Shown here in pieces: positions 17,467 to 28,054 of a stretch of 64,000 nucleotides of DNA; positions within the stretch are counted from its first letter, which is position 1, and each line of letters begins with the position of its first letter. A program made the position numbers and the translations under genes. Location of the stretch: assembly GCA_001821055.1 (NCBI GenBank), contig MHRT01000005.1:43533-107532 (forward strand), given 5' to 3'. The DNA comes from Candidatus Taylorbacteria bacterium RIFCSPHIGHO2_12_FULL_45_16 (GTDB lineage: Bacteria; Patescibacteriota; Minisyncoccia; Phycocordibacterales; PALSA-1337). Below the pieces are notes generated by a model, which worked only from the letters and a program-made list of their open reading frames with translations, was not told the origin of the DNA and did no database searches.

Positions 17467-19269
17467 ATGGACCGCACTGTTGTCGAACAAATCAAGGAAC
17501 GATTGACGATCGACGAAGTCGTCAGTCAGTATGTCAAACTGGACAAATCAGGCTCTTCCTACAAAGCCAAGTGCCCATTTCACAATGAAAAGTCCCCGTC
17601 ATTTTTTGTCTCGCCGGATAGAGGCGGGTACTACTGCTTCGGTTGTGGTGCCAAGGGGGACATCTTCACTTTTGTAGAGCAATTTGAAGGACTTGATTTT
17701 CGTGGAGCTTTGAAAATTTTAGCCGAGCGGGCCGGTATCCGATTGACCTTTGACAAAAAGGCTGATGGAGAACGAGACAGACTGTTTGAGGTTATGGATA
17801 CCGCGGCGCATTTTTTTGAGATCCAGTTTGGGCAAAATAAAGAAGTTCAGGAATACGTGAAGAAGCGCGGGATTACGGATTCAACTAGGATTGAATTTCG
17901 AATCGGCTGGGCGCCTGAAGGATGGAGTAATCTGCACTTGTATTTTAAGAAAAAAGGTTTCAATGATTCTCTGATTGAGAAAGCTGGATTGATAAAGAAA
18001 AAAGAGATGAGAGATAAGGGTCATGGCCATGGAGAATCTGATAAAGAAAATCTTACCTCTGATTACTATGACCGTTTCCGTGGTCGGGTAATGTTCCCGA
18101 TTATGGATTCCAGCGGTCGTGTCATTGCATTTTCCGGACGCATCCTGCCACGGCTTGATGATGGCAAAGCGGCCAAGTATTTGAATAGCCCGGACACTCC
18201 TTTGTATGACAAATCACTGGTGCTTTATGGGCTTAATAAAGCCAAAAGCGACATTCGCCGATTGAATTACACGATTATGGTCGAGGGTCAGATGGATCTG
18301 GTCATGTCTCATCAGGCGGGCATAAAAAATACAGTTGCGTCTTCCGGCACGGCTTTGACGGACGAATCATTCAGCGAGACGGGGGCAGTTAGTAATCTCA
18401 ATTTGGTACGCAGACTTTCATCAAATATAATTCTCGCGTTTGATTCAGATAAGGCGGGTAGGATGGCGGCTATGCGCGCTGTTGCAGCCACGGCTATATC
18501 CATGGGTATGGCAGTGAAGATTGCCGATATTGAAGGAGGAAAAGATCCGGCGGACATCGTTCTTCTCAATCCGGATGAATGGAAAAAAATTCTTCGCAAT
18601 GCAAAACATGTCATTGAATATGAACTCAACAACGTCTTGAGGGATGTCACTGATCCTCGCAAAGTCGGACGTGCCGTTAAAGAAAGAATTTTTCCATATC
18701 TTATAAGGATGGATAGTGAAATGGATAAGGCTTTTTATATTAAAATGATTGCCGACAAGACCAATGTTTCTGAGCAAGCTGTTTGGGACGATGTGCGAGC
18801 ATTCGGCAAAACATTCAAGCCGGCTGAATCAGATAAAAAAGCTGAAACTGAAAATAAGAAAATAGAGAGTGGGAATCACATGGATTTAATAGAACGCCGA
18901 ATGTTCGGACTCCTTATTCTCATCGAAAAATCATCTCTGCCAACTGCCACAGAGTATCGCAAACAGATCAAAAAAATTGCCGGTGATTCTTATGCCGACC
19001 GGATCGCCCGAATCGAATCTTTAGCTAGTGATATCATTTTTGAGGCCGAAGCATTTTTCAGCGGAGATCAAAAGAATTGGGATCATCATATGAAGGAACT
19101 CATCATCAACTTCGAGGAAGATGTAATAAATCAAGAGCTCATAACGGCTATGAATGAGCTGAAGACGGCGGAAAAGGCCAGGAACGTTGAAAAAGTAGCC
19201 GAATTAGCCCAAAAGTGCCAGGTTCTGTCGATGCGCAAGGCGGAGGTGGGGAAGAAGAAGCGCGGGTAA
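17467..19269 (+). CDS. dnaG: DNA primase
   Basis: CHC2 zinc finger (CPFHNEKSPSFFVSPDRGGYYCFGCG). TOPRIM region (EGQMD, DSDKAG). TATAAT 6 nt upstream of the ATG. Confidence 0.9.
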   Translation: MDRTVVEQIKERLTIDEVVSQYVKLDKSGSSYKAKCPFHNEKSPSFFVSPDRGGYYCFGCGAKGDIFTFVEQFEGLDFRGALKILAERAGIRLTFDKKADGERDRLFEVMDTAAHFFEIQFGQNKEVQEYVKKRGITDSTRIEFRIGWAPEGWSNLHLYFKKKGFNDSLIEKAGLIKKKEMRDKGHGHGESDKENLTSDYYDRFRGRVMFPIMDSSGRVIAFSGRILPRLDDGKAAKYLNSPDTPLYDKSLVLYGLNKAKSDIRRLNYTIMVEGQMDLVMSHQAGIKNTVASSGTALTDESFSETGAVSNLNLVRRLSSNIILAFDSDKAGRMAAMRAVAATAISMGMAVKIADIEGGKDPADIVLLNPDEWKKILRNAKHVIEYELNNVLRDVTDPRKVGRAVKERIFPYLIRMDSEMDKAFYIKMIADKTNVSEQAVWDDVRAFGKTFKPAESDKKAETENKKIESGNHMDLIERRMFGLLILIEKSSLPTATEYRKQIKKIAGDSYADRIARIESLASDIIFEAEAFFSGDQKNWDHHMKELIINFEEDVINQELITAMNELKTAEKARNVEKVAELAQKCQVLSMRKAEVGKKKRG

Positions 19270-19340
19270 AGGCACTTGCATGAATTTATAAAATCCCTTA
19301 CAATCATCAAGTTAATTAATATTTTCTCCACTCTCAACAT

Positions 19341-20627
19341 ATGAGTAAAACCAAGAAGGGGGCCAACAAGAAGGCTCGTAAATCAGCCGGGCGTTCAGTG
19401 AAGCGCGCTTCTTTTCGTATCAAGAACCATTCGTCTAAGGCTTCCAAAGGCCGATCAAAGTCGGCTGGCAATGCCAAATCCAGCGGTAAAGGCGATGGCT
19501 CAAGCAAGCTGGGAAAGAATGGAAAGCCGATGTCAAAGATCGATAAAGCCAAGGATTTTGAAGTCCGCGCCACCAAGCTCATCAACCGTGGTCGTGATCG
19601 CGGCTTTGTGACATATGACGAGATTCTCAAGGAATTCCCTCAGATTGAGAATAACATTATTTTTCTTGACGACCTCTATAGCAAATTCACTTCCGCCAAT
19701 GTTGATGTTCTAGAAGGTGGCGGTTTGCTTGAAATAGAGGATCTGAATCCAAAGAAAGTCGCCACGCACTATTCCCGCACCGGCGCCGATTCGGCATACG
19801 ATTCTATCCAGATGTATTTGAAAGAGATTGGCCAATATCCGCTCATCACCGCATCCGACGAAAAAGATTTGGCAAAGCGTATTCAGGTCGGAGATACCGA
19901 GGCCAAGAATTTGTTGGCTAAAGCCAACTTGCGTCTGGTGGTTTCAATTGCCAAAAAATATGTCGGTCGTAGCCCCGACCTGACTCTTTTGGATCTTATC
20001 CAAGAAGGCAACCTCGGCCTTTTCCGCGCCGTTGATAAGTTTGATTGGACGAAAGGATACAAATTTTCAACCTATGCTACTTGGTGGATTCGCCAAGCCA
20101 TCACTCGGGCTCTGGCTGACCAATCTCGCACCATTCGCGTGCCGGTGCACATGGTGGAGACTATTGCCAAATACAAACAAGTCGTCCGCCGTCTGTCACA
20201 CGATCTCGGCCGAGAGCCGTTGCCAGATGAGATTGCTATGGAGATGGGTCTGGACGTGGAAAAAATATACCAGATTGAAAAAATCGAGCAGGATGTCGTG
20301 TCGCTCGAAAATCCCGTAGGTGACGACGGTGATGACGGCAAATCCACGCTTCAAGATTTCATTCCCGACGACAAGATCCTTTCTCCGGATCAGGAATCTT
20401 CACGCCGCATCCTCCGCGACCAAGTCAATATGATCCTCGGCGACCTCTCCGAAAAGGAACGCAAGATTCTGGAGATGCGTCATGGTTTGATGGATGGCAT
20501 CACCCACACTCTGGAAGAAGTTGGCCGTGAATTCGGCGTGACCCGCGAACGTATCCGTCAGATCGAGGCCAAAGCTCATGAGAAGATCAGGCAGCATGAG
20601 AAGATAGGGCAGTTGAAGAATTATTAG
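19341..20627 (+). CDS. rpoD: Primary RNA polymerase sigma factor (sigma-70 family) with a Lys/Ser-rich basic N-terminal extension
   Basis: Region 2 ([18 protein letters not shown]...[13 protein letters not shown]), region 3 and region 4 ([18 protein letters not shown]). Confidence 0.9.
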   Translation: MSKTKKGANKKARKSAGRSVKRASFRIKNHSSKASKGRSKSAGNAKSSGKGDGSSKLGKNGKPMSKIDKAKDFEVRATKLINRGRDRGFVTYDEILKEFPQIENNIIFLDDLYSKFTSANVDVLEGGGLLEIEDLNPKKVATHYSRTGADSAYDSIQMYLKEIGQYPLITASDEKDLAKRIQVGDTEAKNLLAKANLRLVVSIAKKYVGRSPDLTLLDLIQEGNLGLFRAVDKFDWTKGYKFSTYATWWIRQAITRALADQSRTIRVPVHMVETIAKYKQVVRRLSHDLGREPLPDEIAMEMGLDVEKIYQIEKIEQDVVSLENPVGDDGDDGKSTLQDFIPDDKILSPDQESSRRILRDQVNMILGDLSEKERKILEMRHGLMDGITHTLEEVGREFGVTRERIRQIEAKAHEKIRQHEKIGQLKNY

Positions 20628-20647
20628 TCTATTAAATATAAAAAATT

Positions 20648-20674
20648 GGCGCTCCAGTTGTTGGAGCGCCTTTT
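20648..20674 (+). terminator. Intrinsic terminator after rpoD
   Basis: GGCGCTCCAGTTGTTGGAGCGCC hairpin followed by TTTT. Confidence 0.6.
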
Positions 20675-20692
20675 GCGACTGAAGTTGCCGAA

Positions 20693-21427
20693 TCAGGGTA
20701 GAATATCGAACCGTGCCTGAACATATTTGAGCCCGGATACTTCGAGGGAGTCGTGCATCTTTTCGGCCACCAAAGCATTGAAGCGCTCCTGCTGTTCGTG
20801 GCTGATTGGATTGTAAAAACCTGCCAGATTCGTGCTGTTGCTCTCGCAGAACTCATACAGCAGAGACTCAATGACTTTTCCGTCGGTTTGAATCTGTGCT
20901 TGCAGAAAGCGGTCGGTCCGAGAGGGGATCACGTCCGTCTCCAGATTAATGCTGAGGTGACGGACTTTCGGGTTCTGGGTGATGATGCTGAGTGAATGCG
21001 TAGCGTGTTGCTTCGGCTCCACTCTTACCAACGCCAGCCTGTCGTTCTCGGGGTTTCTCGCCAGACTTTTGGCGTCGGCCCGCATAGAATTCAGATAGCC
21101 ATCCATCATGCCAACCAAGGCTTTTCTGCTCATAACCAATTGTTTGTCCGTTGACCACCAGACCGTGTGGACGTACTCCGAGCCATTCGGCAGTTTTTGA
21201 AGCCAAATCAGAGTCGTGTTTGCCCGAACTTCGTATTGGTTAAAGCAATGATTTGCGACTGGAATAAGAAGGACTATGGCTCCGAAGGAGGGAATTGCCA
21301 CACTCAAGTTCTTTTTCCTCGCAAATCCCCATGAGATTGTAGCGCATGTGGCTGCGAGCAAGGCCACCATGGTTAACAAGCCCAATCCGAACCAATAATC
21401 TGAGGGGAAAATGCTAATACTGTTCAT
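20693..21427 (-). CDS. Hypothetical membrane-anchored protein (N-terminal TM, extracytoplasmic domain)
   Basis: N-terminal hydrophobic helix. No recognised family. Confidence 0.45.
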   Translation of the reverse strand: MNSISIFPSDYWFGLGLLTMVALLAATCATISWGFARKKNLSVAIPSFGAIVLLIPVANHCFNQYEVRANTTLIWLQKLPNGSEYVHTVWWSTDKQLVMSRKALVGMMDGYLNSMRADAKSLARNPENDRLALVRVEPKQHATHSLSIITQNPKVRHLSINLETDVIPSRTDRFLQAQIQTDGKVIESLLYEFCESNSTNLAGFYNPISHEQQERFNALVAEKMHDSLEVSGLKYVQARFDILP

Positions 21428-21619
21428 ACCGTTTTCACTTTCTGTTTAGGTTTGTTGTCAAACTGTTCAGTCTTTAAAATATAGTTTATTAACTACATTG
21501 TCAAGTCATCGTATAGGTTCAATAGCTTCGCACCACTTTGGTTAAGTATCATGAATGTCTTACAATCAACACTTTGTACACATTGATTTTTGTTGGGTGA
21601 CTGACATAATGAGGTCAAT

Positions 21620-21862
21620 ATGAATGAAATCATAAATGACCAGCAGCCAAAATCGCCCGAAGTTTCTGTAAAATCAAAACTTGATTTTTTCTTGTGGTAT
21701 AGAAAGAAAGTTCAAATAAATCAAAAAGAAGTCGTTCAACCACGTCTGCTCAGCGCCAAAAGATTGAATAGAAAAATGTCCAGAATTGGTTGCGGCTTAT
21801 TTAAGAAAATAGGCGATAAATATTTAAGTTTGTATTCTCCAGACGGCGGAAACCCCGCATAA
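21620..21862 (+). CDS. Small basic hypothetical ORF (may be spurious)
   Basis: 80 aa ORF. Its 3' end overlaps the terminator hairpin. Confidence 0.2.
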   Translation: MNEIINDQQPKSPEVSVKSKLDFFLWYRKKVQINQKEVVQPRLLSAKRLNRKMSRIGCGLFKKIGDKYLSLYSPDGGNPA

Positions 21863-21875
21863 AGCGGGGTTTCTT
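21852..21875 (+). terminator. Intrinsic terminator (ACCCCGC-ATAA-GCGGGGT followed by a T tract)
   Basis: Perfect 7 bp GC-rich stem, then TTTCTT. Confidence 0.55.
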
Positions 21876-21926
21876 CGGTCGCCGTTAGGCAGTTTGTACC
21901 AGTAGTATAGCATCTCCCCTAAAATA

Positions 21927-24900
21927 ATGCAAGCCCCATTCGACAAATTATACAGTCAATTAAATTCCGCCCAACGTGAAGCCGTTGACGCCATCGAAGG
22001 TCCGGTCATGGTCATAGCCGGCCCGGGAACCGGGAAAACCACTATTCTCACATTGCGCATCGCCAATATCCTCAAACGTACAGACACGCCAGCAAATGGC
22101 ATTTTGGCGATCACCTACACGGACGCCGGGGTCAAAGCCATGCGAGCAAAACTGCAGGGAATAATTGGGGACAGGGCGCACGATGTGCGTATCAGCACGT
22201 TCCATGGGTTTGCGTCTTCTGTCATCGCTGAATACCCGGATCATTTTTTGCACATCAGCGACTTGAAGCAGATGAGCGATATCGAGCAGGAGTCGTTGAT
22301 TCGGACGATCATTTCAGACCAGAAATTTTCGGATATCAGGCCGGCAGGGAAGCCTGATGCATATGTTTCGGGGATCATGCGGAGCATCGATGATGCTAAA
22401 CGTGAGGCCCTGACTCCGGAGATGGTCAGGCAGTTTGCCGGTGAAGAAATTAAACGTATTAAAAATGATGAAGGATCAATTTCTACGCGTGGCGCGACCA
22501 AAGGCCAACTGAAAGCTGAAGCCAAGGAGGCGATCGAGAAATTAGAGCGTACGTTACTTTTTGCTGATGTCTACGAATTGTACGAATCGAAGAAACGCGA
22601 AGCCAAGCAGATGGATTTCAATGACCTTATCATCGAACTCTTGCTTGCTCTACGGCGTGATGAATTATTGCTGCGTTTAATTCAGGAGCGCTACTTATAT
22701 CTGCATATTGATGAACACCAAGACACGAACGACGCGCAGAATTTCATCATTGGTTTGATTGCCGAATTTTTCGACACGCCGAACATCTTCATCGTTGGTG
22801 ATGAGAAACAGGCCATCTATCGTTTCCAGGGCGCATCAGTCGAGAATTTTCTGCTATTGCAAAAGAAATGGCCGGCCATGAAGCTGGTCTCGCTTGATAC
22901 GAATTACCGATCTCATCAGAGCATTCTCGATGCCAGTTTTGGGATGATTGAGAAAAATTACGAAGAAGGCGAGCATACCGATTTGCGAATTAGATTAAAG
23001 TCGGGAATGGAGAAGGAAAGAAATAAAGACGGAAAGACGGAAAAAGATTCTGAAATGCTTGAAATAGTTAGTGGTGAAAATGTTTCATCTATTGAATTAC
23101 ATCTTGTTAAGGAATTGCGTGCATTAATCGAGCGTGAGCCGAAAGCCACGGCTGCCATCATCGTCCGCCGAAACCGCGACCTCGATCGCGTTATCCGTTT
23201 GCTGGAGTCGCATAGCATCCCAGTCTCATCAGAAAGGAGTGTGGACGTTTTCAGCCACCCAGTCGGCAGACTTTTCTTTGATTTGATTGAATATCTTGTT
23301 GATTCATCGAAAGTGGATGCGCTGGCTAGAACGGTGATTGCAGGCATGTGGGGAGTCTCGTTTGAAAAAGGGGTGGAGATAATCCGCGTTTTGCGAAGTG
23401 GACAAGAGGTCGGATCTTGGAGTGAAGAAATCCCGAATCTACTAAAAATTCAACGAAGCATGTTAAATGATGGCGCGGTCGGATTCATTATTCATGCTGC
23501 TGAACAGTCAGGATTCACTGCGCTAATTGCTCAAAATCCTTCTTATATACACGTTTGGCGGGGCATTGTAGCTCTAGCCGAATCATTGACACGTGAAGGA
23601 GAAATCAAAGATCCAGCAGAACTCATCAAAAATATGCTGGCATATCGGACTTCAGCTGAAACCCGCACGGTCAAAGTCTCAGTCGGTGCGCCTGATGTTC
23701 CGATTCGTGCTCTAACTGCGCATGGCAGCAAAGGCCTTGAATTTGATTATGTCTTTGTTCCATACGCCACTGAAGAGGCCTGGATTGGCCGGCCTCGAGG
23801 CGCCTCGTTTATTTTGCCTAAAAAGAGAACGGTTGACAGCGACATTCGCGACATCCGCCGGTTATTTTATGTAGCATTGACTCGTGGTCGCAAGCATGTG
23901 ACTGTTTTGACGGCCAGGGAAGAATCCGACGGAAAGACATTATCGCCACTTAGATTTATTGAGGAATTGGACGAGAAGAGCGTGGTGCATGTGGAGCTAC
24001 CGAGAGTCGGAGTGGAGGAGATATATAAAAAAGCAATGAAAAGCAACATAAGCAACCCGCGAGCTTGCCGAACGAAGCCGGTGTTGCGTGACATCAGAGA
24101 AGAAAAAAATACTAAAACTTTTGAACATAATCCGATTTCTCAAAAGCTCATGGATATCACCAAACACACTTTATTTGAAAAAGGCCTTTCAGTGACGGCA
24201 CTCAATCACTTTCTTGAATGTCCGAACATGTTTCTCTATCAGAGTATTCTAAAATTACCGCAAGCCCCGTCGGTGCCGGCGGAAAAAGGGACTGCCATGC
24301 ACGCGGCTTTTGACGCGGTCTGGAGATCCAAGAAAACTACTGCGAAAGAGATTGAGATTGTTTTGAATGAAAAAATCGGTGAATATTTTGACGGCTCGTT
24401 CCTGCCCATCATGGAAAAGAAATCAGTCAAGAAAGAGTTGCTCAAAGATATTCCCGTAGTCGCCAAAGCTCTTGAATCGCACTTCATTTTGCCAGAAAAT
24501 TCCGCAGTCTTTACAGAATTATGGATTGAAACAGAATTTATCGGCACGTATGAAGGCGTACAAATAAGAATTCCACTTCATGGAAAACTAGACACAATCG
24601 TCGATATGGGAACAATTGTAAATGTTTTTGACTACAAAACCCGCCAAGCCATGTCGGTCAATGCCATCAAAGGGGAGACAAAAACCGATTCCACGGGCAA
24701 CTATTTTCGCCAGCTCATTTTCTATAAAATGATCTTGAGCGCCGATCCGCGCTGGCGATCCAGGCAAATAATTCCGGCGTTGGTATTCATTTCGCCTGAC
24801 GGGAAAGGGAAGTGTCCGACTGTTGCGTTGCCAATAGAGCTGGCTGACATTGAACGGATCAAAAAAGAGATCCAATCGCTTATTGACTTTGTCTGGAATG

Positions 24901-25001
24901 GCGAAATCGCCCGCGCCAAATGCGATAATATGAAATGCGAATGGTGCGGTATGAGATGGTTAGAGAACGGAAGGCGATTGGAGACTAGTCTGAAGAAATA
25001 A
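21927..25001 (+). CDS. UvrD/PcrA-family SF1 helicase fused to a C-terminal PD-(D/E)xK (RecB/AddB-like) nuclease domain with a Cys cluster
   Basis: Walker A GPGTGKTT. UvrD motifs DEHQDTN and TNYRS. C-terminal CPNMF...C..C...CDNMKCEWCG, resembling Cas4/AddB-type Fe-S nuclease domains. Confidence 0.8.
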   Translation: MQAPFDKLYSQLNSAQREAVDAIEGPVMVIAGPGTGKTTILTLRIANILKRTDTPANGILAITYTDAGVKAMRAKLQGIIGDRAHDVRISTFHGFASSVIAEYPDHFLHISDLKQMSDIEQESLIRTIISDQKFSDIRPAGKPDAYVSGIMRSIDDAKREALTPEMVRQFAGEEIKRIKNDEGSISTRGATKGQLKAEAKEAIEKLERTLLFADVYELYESKKREAKQMDFNDLIIELLLALRRDELLLRLIQERYLYLHIDEHQDTNDAQNFIIGLIAEFFDTPNIFIVGDEKQAIYRFQGASVENFLLLQKKWPAMKLVSLDTNYRSHQSILDASFGMIEKNYEEGEHTDLRIRLKSGMEKERNKDGKTEKDSEMLEIVSGENVSSIELHLVKELRALIEREPKATAAIIVRRNRDLDRVIRLLESHSIPVSSERSVDVFSHPVGRLFFDLIEYLVDSSKVDALARTVIAGMWGVSFEKGVEIIRVLRSGQEVGSWSEEIPNLLKIQRSMLNDGAVGFIIHAAEQSGFTALIAQNPSYIHVWRGIVALAESLTREGEIKDPAELIKNMLAYRTSAETRTVKVSVGAPDVPIRALTAHGSKGLEFDYVFVPYATEEAWIGRPRGASFILPKKRTVDSDIRDIRRLFYVALTRGRKHVTVLTAREESDGKTLSPLRFIEELDEKSVVHVELPRVGVEEIYKKAMKSNISNPRACRTKPVLRDIREEKNTKTFEHNPISQKLMDITKHTLFEKGLSVTALNHFLECPNMFLYQSILKLPQAPSVPAEKGTAMHAAFDAVWRSKKTTAKEIEIVLNEKIGEYFDGSFLPIMEKKSVKKELLKDIPVVAKALESHFILPENSAVFTELWIETEFIGTYEGVQIRIPLHGKLDTIVDMGTIVNVFDYKTRQAMSVNAIKGETKTDSTGNYFRQLIFYKMILSADPRWRSRQIIPALVFISPDGKGKCPTVALPIELADIERIKKEIQSLIDFVWNGEIARAKCDNMKCEWCGMRWLENGRRLETSLKK

Positions 25002-25811
25002 TTATTTTATCTCCACCAGTACCGGTTCAACAATCGCCTTGATGGCGGTATCTGGCACCGCGCCACTCATCAGTATTCTCATGCGGTCAGTTGACATGAT
25101 GATGGGCACGCGCAACTGAAGCGCCAAGTCGGCGATTATGACATCAAGGCTCTTCGGTGCTGGTTTTGAAAGTACAAAAATGCTCGTTGGCGTGCCGGAA
25201 ATACCCGCGTTTACGCCACTAAGATATTGCTTGTCGACTTTTTCCTTGAATTGTCCACTTGACAGGCATTCGTTGAAAGCCACCGCCTCCAGACCGGCGA
25301 ATTTGGCGATGTTCGGCAATTCTTTTTGATCAAGACTCTGGCCTTGGTCAGATGGAGTTATTTCGTACAGTTTGTCAACATATTTCCAGAAAGCTTCGTT
25401 GCCGCCGAGCGAAGCGGCGCATTCAAAGGCTTGAGACTCACGGTCGGCGTTTGGGTGAAGAATGCGTCCTTGAGAATCAGGTTCGTCAAGAGGGAAGGCG
25501 CGATAGACCCACGCGACCTTACCGCTAGGACCGTATTCCTCAATGATTTTTTTCATGGTCGGATGGAAAGTTTTGCAGAATGGACAGGAAGGGTCGGAAA
25601 ATTCCACGATCTTTATGGGTGCGTTTGGGTTACCGAGTATGTGGTCAATATTTGTTATCGGAGAGAGAGAAATTTCGGTTTCCGGTTTTTGCTCCACAGA
25701 TTGAGTTGGCGCTTCCGCGGGTTTTTTGACGTATATAATGGCGATAGCGATGATGGCGGCGGCAATGATGATGGCCCCGGGGATGGTTAGATAATGTGGT
25801 TTATTTTCCAT
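25002..25811 (-). CDS. DsbA-like thiol:disulfide oxidoreductase (thioredoxin fold) with an N-terminal TM anchor
   Basis: CPFC active site (DPSCPFCKTFH). N-terminal hydrophobic segment. Confidence 0.7.
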   Translation of the reverse strand: MENKPHYLTIPGAIIIAAAIIAIAIIYVKKPAEAPTQSVEQKPETEISLSPITNIDHILGNPNAPIKIVEFSDPSCPFCKTFHPTMKKIIEEYGPSGKVAWVYRAFPLDEPDSQGRILHPNADRESQAFECAASLGGNEAFWKYVDKLYEITPSDQGQSLDQKELPNIAKFAGLEAVAFNECLSSGQFKEKVDKQYLSGVNAGISGTPTSIFVLSKPAPKSLDVIIADLALQLRVPIIMSTDRMRILMSGAVPDTAIKAIVEPVLVEIK

Positions 25812-25903
25812 TGAGGTTGGTTAAAAAGTAATGCGTTCATTGTAACACGAGAATCCAGCTATTTAACTATTGGATATGATCTAGATGGTTGAATAGTCGG
25901 ATT

Positions 25904-26479
25904 TTAGAATGGTAGGGTGTAAGTCATGGCGTTTGATTCGATCGTCTGCCATTTTGACGTATCCAGTTTGACCTCTTTAGTCCCTCCGAATTCTTTGTAC
26001 TTAAGATGTTTATTTTTGAGAGCATAATCGTACAAATCCCGCGTCAATCGCACATCCTCTATGCAATATTTGATGATTTTATCTACCTCACCACTTCTCC
26101 ACCATTCTATGGCATCCAGCCCATTTCCCAACTTGTTCCTGTTCAAGGTCGCTCCACCGACGCCGTCAAGCTTGAGACGCCGTCCGATCACTTTCTGGAC
26201 ATCACGCATCAGGTCGATGCTCTTTATTTTGCTCAAATCTCCAGGATAGTATTTATTCAGCAGGGGAATGTCGAAGTGGTCGCCATTCCAAGTAACTAGG
26301 GCATCGGCTTGTTCGAAAATCGGCCAGAGTTTGCCGAAGTCAGTCTCCAGATAACTTGAAAATTCATTTGTGTCGGAATCATGGATACAAACCACGGAAA
26401 TGTCCAGATCGGCTGGATCATTGGAGTTTATATCCTGGAACATATTCTTTGTCTCGCAATCAAAAGTAATGACACGCAT
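25904..26479 (-). CDS. RNase H-like fold 3'-5' exonuclease (DEDD/YprB-PolB-exo-like)
   Basis: ITFDCET (Exo I-like) and the downstream WNGDHFDIPLL and YCIEDVRLT motifs. Start placed at the internal Met before FDCET. Confidence 0.55.
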   Translation of the reverse strand: MRVITFDCETKNMFQDINSNDPADLDISVVCIHDSDTNEFSSYLETDFGKLWPIFEQADALVTWNGDHFDIPLLNKYYPGDLSKIKSIDLMRDVQKVIGRRLKLDGVGGATLNRNKLGNGLDAIEWWRSGEVDKIIKYCIEDVRLTRDLYDYALKNKHLKYKEFGGTKEVKLDTSKWQTIESNAMTYTLPF

Positions 26480-26542
26480 GGATATTATATTGATTATGCA
26501 AACAACGCGAATCAATACCAGATTATTTTTCTGATTCGTATA

Positions 26543-27868
26543 TTATCTCCTGATAATTTTGACAACCTCATCCTCGTCACCCTCCACCTCCTCACCACTC
26601 TCCAAGACCCTCATCCTCAACTTTCCATTCTTGACCTCCTCATCGCCAATGCAGATAACTCTTGGAATCCTCCGTTTATCGGCATTCTTGATCTGGTCAC
26701 CAAGTCTTTTGTTCGATAAATCAACCGCAACTCGGATGCCTTTTTCACGGAATGTCTGCGCTAAGTCCAATGCATATGGAGTATTTTGTTCTCCAACTAT
26801 ACACAACGCCAAATCAGCTGATGCAGGAATGCCGCCAAGCTCACCCCGCTTCGGAAGCGTTCCATAAGTCTCCATCAAATCACGGGCGATGACATCACCC
26901 GCGCCAAAACCAACCGCGGGGACTTTTTCGTTGCCGAAAAGCGCCAGCAGGTCGTCATAGCGTCCACCGCCGAATATTGAACGACGATTGGCCGGATTCA
27001 AATCGTAAATTTCAAACACAATGCCGGTGTAATAATCAAAGCCGCGCATCAGAGTCTGATCGAATCTCACATTCGTAATACCGAGATGCTCAAGTCCGGC
27101 AATAATCTCGCGAATTTCTTTGATGCCGACATGTTCATCAGCTGTCTGTGGTAATTGCTTGGTCAACTCCTCAAAGTTTTTTGAATTGAGCAATATCAAA
27201 AATTGCTTGGTCTTGTCGCCAAGAACTTCCGTTGCGGCGGCTTCGAACCACTCTGGCTTGACCTTGTCTTTTTTGTCGATCAGTTTGGAAATTTTTTGTG
27301 CGGCATTTTCATCCAGATTGAAGATGTCCCTTGTCAGGTAGTTCATAAGCTTGCGGTTATTGACCCGAATTTCAAAATCGGCGTCCTTCAATCCATACAT
27401 TCGGGTAATGTCGTACGCGATATTGATAACCTCGATTTCGGCGGTTGTGGATTCTACCCCGAACAAATCGACGTTCAGCTGCCAATGTTCACGGACTCGT
27501 CCTCTCTGTGGCTGTTCGTATCGAAAAAGGTTGGGGATGGAATACCAGCGCAACGGATACAAAAGTTCGCGCTTGCGGGCTGCCACCATTCGTGCCAAGC
27601 TTGGCGTCATCTCCGGACGAAGAGTAACTTCGCGGTCGCCTCGGTCGGTGAATGTGTAGGTCTGTTCATTGACGATCTCTTCGCCGGTCTTCGCTCTATA
27701 GAGTTCGGCCGGTTCCAAGACTGATGCGCCATACTCTTCATACCCATACTTTTCAACTGTATTCCTCCAAATATCAAAAATCTTCTTTTCTACGGCCATA
27801 TCGGCGGGGAAGAAATCTCGGACGCCCTTGTAGGCGTCGGTTGATAGTTTTTTCATTTCGTTTGACAT
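26543..27868 (-). CDS. hisS: Histidine--tRNA ligase
   Basis: Class II aaRS motifs, LRPEMTPSLARMVA and the HisRS-specific WYSIPNLFRYEQPQRGRVREHWQLNVDLFG. TACAAT 8 nt upstream of the ATG. Confidence 0.9.
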   Translation of the reverse strand: MSNEMKKLSTDAYKGVRDFFPADMAVEKKIFDIWRNTVEKYGYEEYGASVLEPAELYRAKTGEEIVNEQTYTFTDRGDREVTLRPEMTPSLARMVAARKRELLYPLRWYSIPNLFRYEQPQRGRVREHWQLNVDLFGVESTTAEIEVINIAYDITRMYGLKDADFEIRVNNRKLMNYLTRDIFNLDENAAQKISKLIDKKDKVKPEWFEAAATEVLGDKTKQFLILLNSKNFEELTKQLPQTADEHVGIKEIREIIAGLEHLGITNVRFDQTLMRGFDYYTGIVFEIYDLNPANRRSIFGGGRYDDLLALFGNEKVPAVGFGAGDVIARDLMETYGTLPKRGELGGIPASADLALCIVGEQNTPYALDLAQTFREKGIRVAVDLSNKRLGDQIKNADKRRIPRVICIGDEEVKNGKLRMRVLESGEEVEGDEDEVVKIIRR

Positions 27869-28054
27869 AGAGGTATTGTAGCAAATTATAGGGGAAGTGT
27901 AATAGGGTTTAAGAGTAGGCGACACAGTATGTGATATATTTGTTGACGCAGAATTTTCTAAAGCCTTGACTTTTGTCTTATTTCAGTATACAATCCTATC
28001 ATATAAACCAATAAGAGCATCTTTCCTTTTTTATGGCTTATTTAAGCCATATCA

